Assembly (NCBI RefSeq): GCF_009914755.1
Contig: NC_060941.1
Reading direction: 5' to 3' (one strand)
From: the human T2T-CHM13v2.0 reference genome, Homo sapiens
Length of the DNA stretch: 64,000 nucleotides
In this document: positions 54,172-64,000 of the stretch, piece after piece
Layout of the letters: every line of letters begins with the position of its first letter
Numbering within the stretch: the first letter of the stretch is position 1
Notes under the pieces: generated by a model
The model's database searches: none
Told to the model about the DNA's origin: nothing
Seen by the model: only the letters and a program-made list of their open reading frames with translations
Translations under genes and position numbers: made by a program

Positions 54172-54381
54172 ATTGCTTTGGAGACGCTGAGAGAACCTTT
54201 GCGAGAGCGCCGGTTGACGTGCGGAGTGCGGGGCTCCGGGGGACTGAGCAGCACGAGACCCCATCCTCCCCTCCGGGTTTTCACACTGGGCGAAGGGAGG
54301 ACTCCTGAGCTCTGCCTCTTCCAGTAACATTGAGGATTACTGTGTTTTGTGAGAGCTCGCTAGGCGCCCTAAGCAACAGAG
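54172..54381 (+). other. CTNS: CTNS exon 2 (non-coding, 210 nt)
   Basis: ttgcag|ATT...AGAG|gtaacc. Confidence 0.85.
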
Positions 54382-54499
54382 GTAACCACTTTATATCCTT
54401 GTTTCTCAACCTCGTTATTCCTACCTACCCCCTCCCATAAAATTTAATACCACTAGTACGCTGTGTATTTGTTTCTGTGGCCACAAACCATTGTAATAG

Positions 54500-54845
<346 letters not shown>

Positions 54846-55267
54846 TAGTCCCACTTGACAATGCGTGCTTTACATCTCCTCATTTAAGTCCTGTGAGGTA
54901 GTTACCACCTCCTTGTTTGGCACCACAAGGTCGCATAAGTAATAAATAGGTCAAGCCTGTCTCCAGTGCACACAGCCCTTGCCACTATTTGTGTACCCTC
55001 TCCAAAAGCAGGAGACCCAGGGAGTTCCAGGTCGTAGAACAGAGGACAGGACCAACTCATACCTGGCAGACAGGAGCTGCCACACTAGACCCCTAGCCCC
55101 AGGTTGCTCCTGGGAAGGGACTGAATGGGTGAGGAGCCTTCTTGAAACATGTGACATCTGAATGAGGCCTGGACAATAGTTAGAACTTACATAGGAAGGG
55201 CACGCCAGACAGAGCCCATTGTCAGGAGATACTTCATTTCTATCTTGTAGCTTTCACAAGCCACTAG

Positions 55268-55537
<270 letters not shown>

Positions 55538-55737
55538 TGATCCAACTGCCTCGGCCTCCCAAAGTGCTGGAATTACACACACGAGCCACTGCGCTCAGCC
55601 TAATCTGATGTTTTTTAACATTTTAATTGACTTACCTCTCAATGTCGTTTTGTCTCTGCTGGCATCGTTCCTCCAGGGGTCTCAGCCTTTGAGGCTTGGG
55701 AATGTTTGCTGACCAAGTCTGTGAGTTTGAGAAGCTG

Positions 55738-55970
55738 GTTAGGCCTGATTCTGCATCTAATTTCTGGAGAAAAACCAGACTCTGTCCTGGGCAACAAACT
55801 GAATCCTGAACTTGAGGCCACAGGGCAGGTGTGAGGAGCGGAGGGCAGCAAGAGTGAGAGGGAGGCCTGTGGTCATTCCATACACGCAGGAGGGCAATTC
55901 CTCCAAGGTCAGGGGACAGAGCACAGGGATCCAGCGCCAAGAGCAAGGCCCCCAGAGGAGGCCAGAGAGT
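55738..55970 (+). repeat. Low-copy direct repeat, copy B (CTNS intron 2)
   Basis: About 91% identical by hand alignment to 52653-52888. Confidence 0.95.
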
Positions 55971-56511
55971 AGGTACGGGGTCATTCCCGGCCGGTGAGAA
56001 GGGTCTCAGATGAGGCAGACCTGCAGCAGGCAAAGAGAGAACCCTGGAGGAGACGGGCCAACAGAGGTCAGACAGCTGGAGCAGCCAGGGAGACTTCTTG
56101 AGGAGTGTGTAAGGGAGATGTCCGGAGATGCTGGAGGCCTTGGGGAAACTGAAATCAGAGTGGGAACAGGGATGTCTCCACACAGACCTTACCCAGAGCT
56201 CCCCACAGTCTGCAGGAGGCCCGTGAGACTGTGTACTGAGGCAGCACGGAGACCAAGCTACAGAAATCCATGCCGGCCTGGCTGCTCTTGACCCACTGTT
56301 CACCTGCTGTGTCTTGGGTTTACAGGAATGCAGCTCCCCATCTTCCACACTAAACCAAGGACTTGCTCTGGGGCTCATCCCTCCCCGAGTCCTCCTTGTG
56401 AATGACCCCAGCCAGTCCTGGAATGGTGACACTTGTCAAATAAAGTCTTGACAGGCGCGGTGGCTCCTACCTGTAACCCCAGCACTTTGGGAGGCTGAGG
56501 CGGGCGGATCA

Positions 56512-56757
<246 letters not shown>

Positions 56758-57206
56758 TTAAAAAAAAATGTTTTTTTAAGTCTTAAGGGTCAGTTGGTGT
56801 CATCAGCCCTTAGACTCTTATCCCAGGACAGGAAAGGAAATTAATTTCCTTGAGGTTTATAGGTTCACAATGTCAAATATCTGACCACAGTTTTAACAAC
56901 TTTTGGAGAAAAAGAATCTCAAGCCAGTAAAATTGCATTCTTTCTTTCTGCTAACTAAGTTTTTACAAAAAGCAATTGAAGAGGGAAAAATTCTGGTCTT
57001 TGTTCACTTCCTCAGGGGGGCACTTTACACAACCCATTTATCTGCTCGGAGCCCGTTTCCCCTGTATATCAAAGAAAGATAAGTCCTCTCTAGGGTGTCC
57101 CTCTGAGGCCGTGATGCAAAGCCCTGAGGTCACAGCTGTCAGGTGGCAGTCCTTTATGAGCCATCCATGCTCCAGAGGGCAGATTGTCTACAGGGAGCTG
57201 AGCTGA

Positions 57207-57359
<153 letters not shown>

Positions 57360-57605
57360 TAAAGAGGGAAATGGTGGCTAGAGGAAGGAGTAATCTGATC
57401 TGTTTGTTGCCAAGGGTTTAGAATCATTCAGACCACATGTCTCTGTCTGCCTCTTGGCCATGTGGCCACTGGGGTGGTGGAGCAGACCCAGGTCTGGGAT
57501 CCAGGTGTTCTGCAAAGAGCCAGATAGTTCCACATATAATTGGCCTTCTGCCCTGGTATCTCTGTACCTTTCTGTACCAAAGTGAACAGCTGGTTCTTAA
57601 GGTCA

Positions 57606-58013
<408 letters not shown>

Positions 58014-58292
58014 TCACAGAGAGAGTCTTGGGTCCTGGGAAACACTGGGGAAGCAGAAGAGGTAGCCACCCTGTTGTACCCGGTTCTGCCAGGCACAGAT
58101 CACCTGAGGAGTCTGCCCAGCATCCCCTTGTAAGATGAGAAAACCTGTCCCTTAGAGAGGGGCTGAGGAACAGGGTGCAACAGCCCAGCAGGGCTAGGGG
58201 TCAGTTGGAACACAGGCTGGGATGGAGTTTACACGTCCTTGTAGGAGGAATGACCTTCAGTGCAGGCCTCTTTGAGGCCCGTGCCCTTCTAG

Positions 58293-58777
<485 letters not shown>

Positions 58778-59072
58778 TAAATTCCCATTTCAAGTGAACC
58801 TTGACAAACAATACAAATCCTGCAGAGGTTTCCCCAGAGCCTAGCACCATTGCCGTTATCTGGCCTCTTGCATCTCTGAGGAAACATGGTCACGTGATCA
58901 TCTCTTCCAGGTTTGTTAAACAATCAGTAATGTTTGTAGTCACACTTTGTGGATAAGCAATTTCCGGGAAAGGCAGGTCTTTCAGACCCTGGAACCTGGT
59001 GTTTCTTAATACAGACGTCAGAACCCTGTCCCCACCCTGTAGGATCAGACTTTGTAAGACTGAGGCTGGAGC

Positions 59073-59243
59073 ATGTGCGTGTGCCTGGGAGTGTGCGCGC
59101 GCGTGTATTTGCCTGGGCCTGTGTGTGTGTGTGTACCCGGGCGTGTGTGTGTGTGTGTGTGCCTGGGCGTGTGTGTGTGTGCCTGGGTGTGTGTCTGCGC
59201 GCATGTATGTGTGCCCGGGCGTGTGTGTGTGTGTGTGTGTGCC
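59073..59243. repeat. Compound (TG)n repeat interrupted by ccYgggc spacers; probably marker D17S829 in CTNS intron 3
   Basis: Repeat seen directly; the marker name rests on recalled position and flanking primer sequences. Confidence 0.8.
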
Positions 59244-59471
59244 CAGTCGCTCATACATACTCTTTAAAGCCCCATTAGTAATGCTAACACGCTCCCCTAG
59301 GAGAAAAACAAAAAATCCAGCTACCACCACTCCAGTTACCTGGAGGGGAAGCAGGCCCAGAGAGGGTAGAAGGCTTCCCCAAAGTCACACAGCTAGAAAG
59401 TAACAAAGCTGGGACCTGCATAGGATCCCTGCTGCATGAGATCACTTTGCCTCCTTTCCTGAATGCCATTA

Positions 59472-59831
<360 letters not shown>

Positions 59832-60202
59832 TCATTCTGCCCTTGCTGTTTCTTTCTTCTCTTTGCTTTGGGTAGTAATTATGAAGGACCACAGATGAGA
59901 TGATTGGCCTTCAGACTTGTCTGTCTCTGACTTCTCTGGGTAGAATCTTGAGGCAGTGCAGCCTCATGGCAAGAACCTGGGCTTTGGACTAGACAGGCCT
60001 AAGTTTGAATCTCGCCCTCACCATTTTCAAGCTGTGTGGGCAAGAAACCTTTCCTCTTAGAATGCTCAGTTTCCTGAAATGTAAAATAGGAATAATAATG
60101 CCTACCTCGGCCTGGCGCGTTGGCTCACGCCTGTAATCCCAGCCCTTTGGGAGGCCAAGGAGGGTGGATCACAAGGTCAGGAGATCGAGACTATCCTGGC
60201 TA

Positions 60203-60749
<547 letters not shown>

Positions 60750-62619
60750 CTAGTGCCTCAGCCTCCCAAGTAGCTGGGTTTGTAGACGTGCGCCACCACA
60801 TCCGGCTAATTTTTGTATTTTCAGTGGAGACAGAGTTTCACCATGTTGGCCAGGTTGGTCTCAAACTCCTGACCTCAAGTGATCTGACCGCCTCAGCCTC
60901 CCAAAGTGCTGGGATTACAGGCGTGAGCCACCGCACCCGGCCAAAAATTTTTTTTTAATTAGCTGGGTGTGGTGGTGCATGCCTGTGTTCGTAGCTACTG
61001 AGGTGAGAGGCGGCAGTGGTGGGAGGATGGCTTGAGCCTGGCGGGGTCAAAGCTGCAGTGAGCCATGATCACTCTCTTTAGGAGGAACTCAGGATGGTGT
61101 TGTGACTCATTTTGTAAATCTGATACAATGTAAAGATTTTAGACTTGGGGGGCCAGCTTCCTAACTGCCTCCCACCTTGGGCTAAAAATATCCTGCAGTT
61201 ATCATGTGATGATAATAATAGTAACAATTATTTAGCATCTGGGCTTTGTGGAAAACATGTTACAAACATTGCTACATTGTATCTTCACCATGACTCATTC
61301 AGATAGGTCTTGGTATTCTCCCCACTGTACAGATAAGGAAATGGAGGCTCAGAGAGGGTAAGTACCTTACCCATGGTCACACAGCTAGGAAGTGTCAGAG
61401 CCAGGATGGAACTGCGTGACTTTGGAGCCCAATATCTCAGTTGCTGAGCACCTCAGTTTTCTGTGGTGCTAAAGAAGGAGGGAATAAACATTCTCTGGTC
61501 TGGTTCTTGGAGTGTTCACAAACTCCTATTTTATTTTTTTATTTTATTCTATTTTGTTGAGACGGAGTCTCACTCTGTCACCCAGGCTGGAGAGCAGTGG
61601 CGCAATCTCAGCTCACTGCAGCCCCCGCTTCCTGGGTTCAAGTGATTCTCTTGCCTCAGCCTCCCGAGTAGCTGGGATTACAGGCGCCTGCCATCACGCC
61701 CAGCTAATTTTTTGTATTTTTAGTAGAGACAGGGTTTCACTATGTTAGCCAGGATGGTCTCTATCTCCTGACCTCGTGATCCACCTGCCTCGGCCTCCCA
61801 AAATGCTGGGATTACAGGCCTGAGCCACCGCGCCCGGCCTAATTTTTTGTCTTTTTGGTAGAGATGGGGTTTCGCCATATTGGCTAGTCTGGTCTCCAAA
61901 TCCTGACCTCAGGTGATCCACCTACCTCGGCCTCCCAAAGTGTTAGGATTACAGGTGTGAGCCGCTGTGCCCGGCCCTCAACCTCCTATATGCAAAGATT
62001 GTAGGAGCTCTGTAGCCATGTAGATCTCCCACTCACCTTGACCTCCACTACCTCTGGCAGAGCCCTAGGGATCCAGAGTCTGGCTGGCCGCCCAGCATCA
62101 CTTTCAGCATCCTGTCCTGAGCAGTGGCTGGTTGTGGGACTTGCTTATCTGGCATGGTCCTCAGCTCTAGGCAGAATTGAACTGGTGGTACAGGAAGTCC
62201 CAGCTATGCAAGCCCAGAAGAAATCCTCAGAATGACCTCAGAACAGTGAGCCTGAAAAAGAAGGGCAGACTCGCCACAGCGGCTTCCAGGCTCTGAGGCT
62301 CCACATAAGGAAGGGACTGCCTTTTGCCGCTCTGAGCACCTTGGCCTCTGCAAGGGCCAGGGGACATCCTGTTCTGAGGAGCCCAGCCAGCCAGCAGGGG
62401 ACTGGAGATTGTGGACTGTGGGGACCTACGGACTTGGGACAGAGCTTCCATCTGTATTCACATGTGCTGAGCATGGAGAAGGCAGCTCTCAGGGTCTGAG
62501 AGGCTCTGGGTAGCAGAGCCTGGCCTGGCAGGGCAAGCTTCAGGCTGTGATCTCCTTAGAGGAGACGAGGTTACAGAGGAAGAGAAACTACCAGGTAGGA
62601 GTATTGAGGCAGAGAATCA

Positions 62620-62976
<357 letters not shown>

Positions 62977-64000
62977 CTAAAATTTCAGATCTCAATTCAT
63001 CTGCCTTTGAGGGGTCTGAGTGACAGGGTCTGGGTGGGGGGAACTGGGCCTGGGGGGTCTGAGTGACGGGGTCTGGGTCGGAGAACCGGGCATGCTGGCA
63101 GCCTCTGCCGTTGCAAAGACGCTCCTCATCACAGTCATGCACCTGCTTCCCCGCCCGGCCTAGAGTCATGACCATAACCCCAGGCTGTGTGTAACCCTGA
63201 AGGCAATCAGGCAGGGGAAGTGAGATGGCAGGTGTGGCATGAGCCTTCCAGTACCCCTGGGAGCAGAGGCTGGGACGGGGCTGCACAAAGAATACAGGAA
63301 GCACACAAAGAGAGGCTTACTCAGTCCGGTGCTCTGGGCTAGTTGGCCTTGCAAGAGGGTTTTCTTTCTTTTTTTTTTTTTTTTTGAGATGGAGTCTCGC
63401 TCTGTTGCCCAGGCTGGAATGCAGTAGCGATCTCAGCTCACTGCAACCTCTGCCTTCCAGGTTCAAGCAGTTCTCTGCCTCAGCCTCCAAAGTAGCCGGG
63501 ACTACAGGTGCATGCCACCAAACCCAGCTAATTTTTTGTATTTTTAGTAGAGACAGGGTTTCACCATGTTGGCCAGGACGGTCTTGATCCTCTGACCTCG
63601 TGATCCACCTGCCTCGGCCTCCCAAAAGGCTGGGATTACAGGCATGAGCCACCACGCCTGCCCAGTTTTCTTTCTTTTTTTAAGAAAATATTCTGTAGAA
63701 ACAGAGTCTTTCTGTGTTGCCCAGGCTGATCTCCAGCTCCTGGGCTCAAGCAGTCCTCCCGCCTTGGCCTCCCAAAGCGCCAGGTTTCTAAGCGTGAGCC
63801 ACCACGCCCAGCCCCACGATGGTTTTCTAAGACCCTAAGACCCAGATCTGCTTCTTCCCTCATCTGGGGGGCCTGTTTGTCAACTTGATTCTGAGTTAAC
63901 AGCTTAATGCCAAGAAGAAATCTCAGAGTGAAACAACTATTCACCCTTCCTCCTCCAGTACCCCGCAGATAGTCAGCCCCAGGAAGGGGACCAGTGCCAG

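Noticed and set aside
55632-56432. 266-aa minus-strand ORF over repeat copy B, and its 119-aa look-alike at 52505-52864
   Set aside because: The protein similarity only reflects the DNA duplication; indels shift frame between copies and there is no recognisable domain
57010-57023. Second CTCF-like motif CCTCAGGGGGGCAC
   Set aside because: Mismatches at core positions

Overview
Human genomic DNA, recognisable as the TRPV1-SHPK-CTNS locus (17p13.2). Minus strand: the 5' half of TRPV1 (8 coding exons, codons 1-492, plus candidate non-coding first exons) and the complete 7-exon SHPK/CARKL gene (478 aa FGGY-family sedoheptulokinase). Plus strand: CTNS exons 1-3 (first 20 codons), head-to-head with SHPK across a CpG-island bidirectional promoter. 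I derived exon boundaries by hand from GT-AG sites and reading-frame continuity. About 30% of the window is Alu (roughly 70 copies by hand count), which explains most of the ORF track. Other elements are a 5'-truncated SVA, a MER44/Tigger7 DNA transposon, MaLR LTRs and L1/MIR/MER fragments. Structure the ORF track misses: (1) a ~235-bp, ~91%-identical direct repeat bracketing the shared promoter, possibly part of an older duplication of SHPK exon 1; (2) a transposon-derived TRPV1 5'-UTR exon whose uORF stops on the TRPV1 start codon; (3) a 33-nt in-frame cryptic TRPV1 exon; (4) an Alu-split PCBD2 processed pseudogene; (5) a 4x55-bp repeat of DR1-like sites abutting a SHPK branch point; (6) a spliced CTNS uORF. 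I see no wholly new gene system. The best candidates for undescribed biology are these regulatory and structural features.
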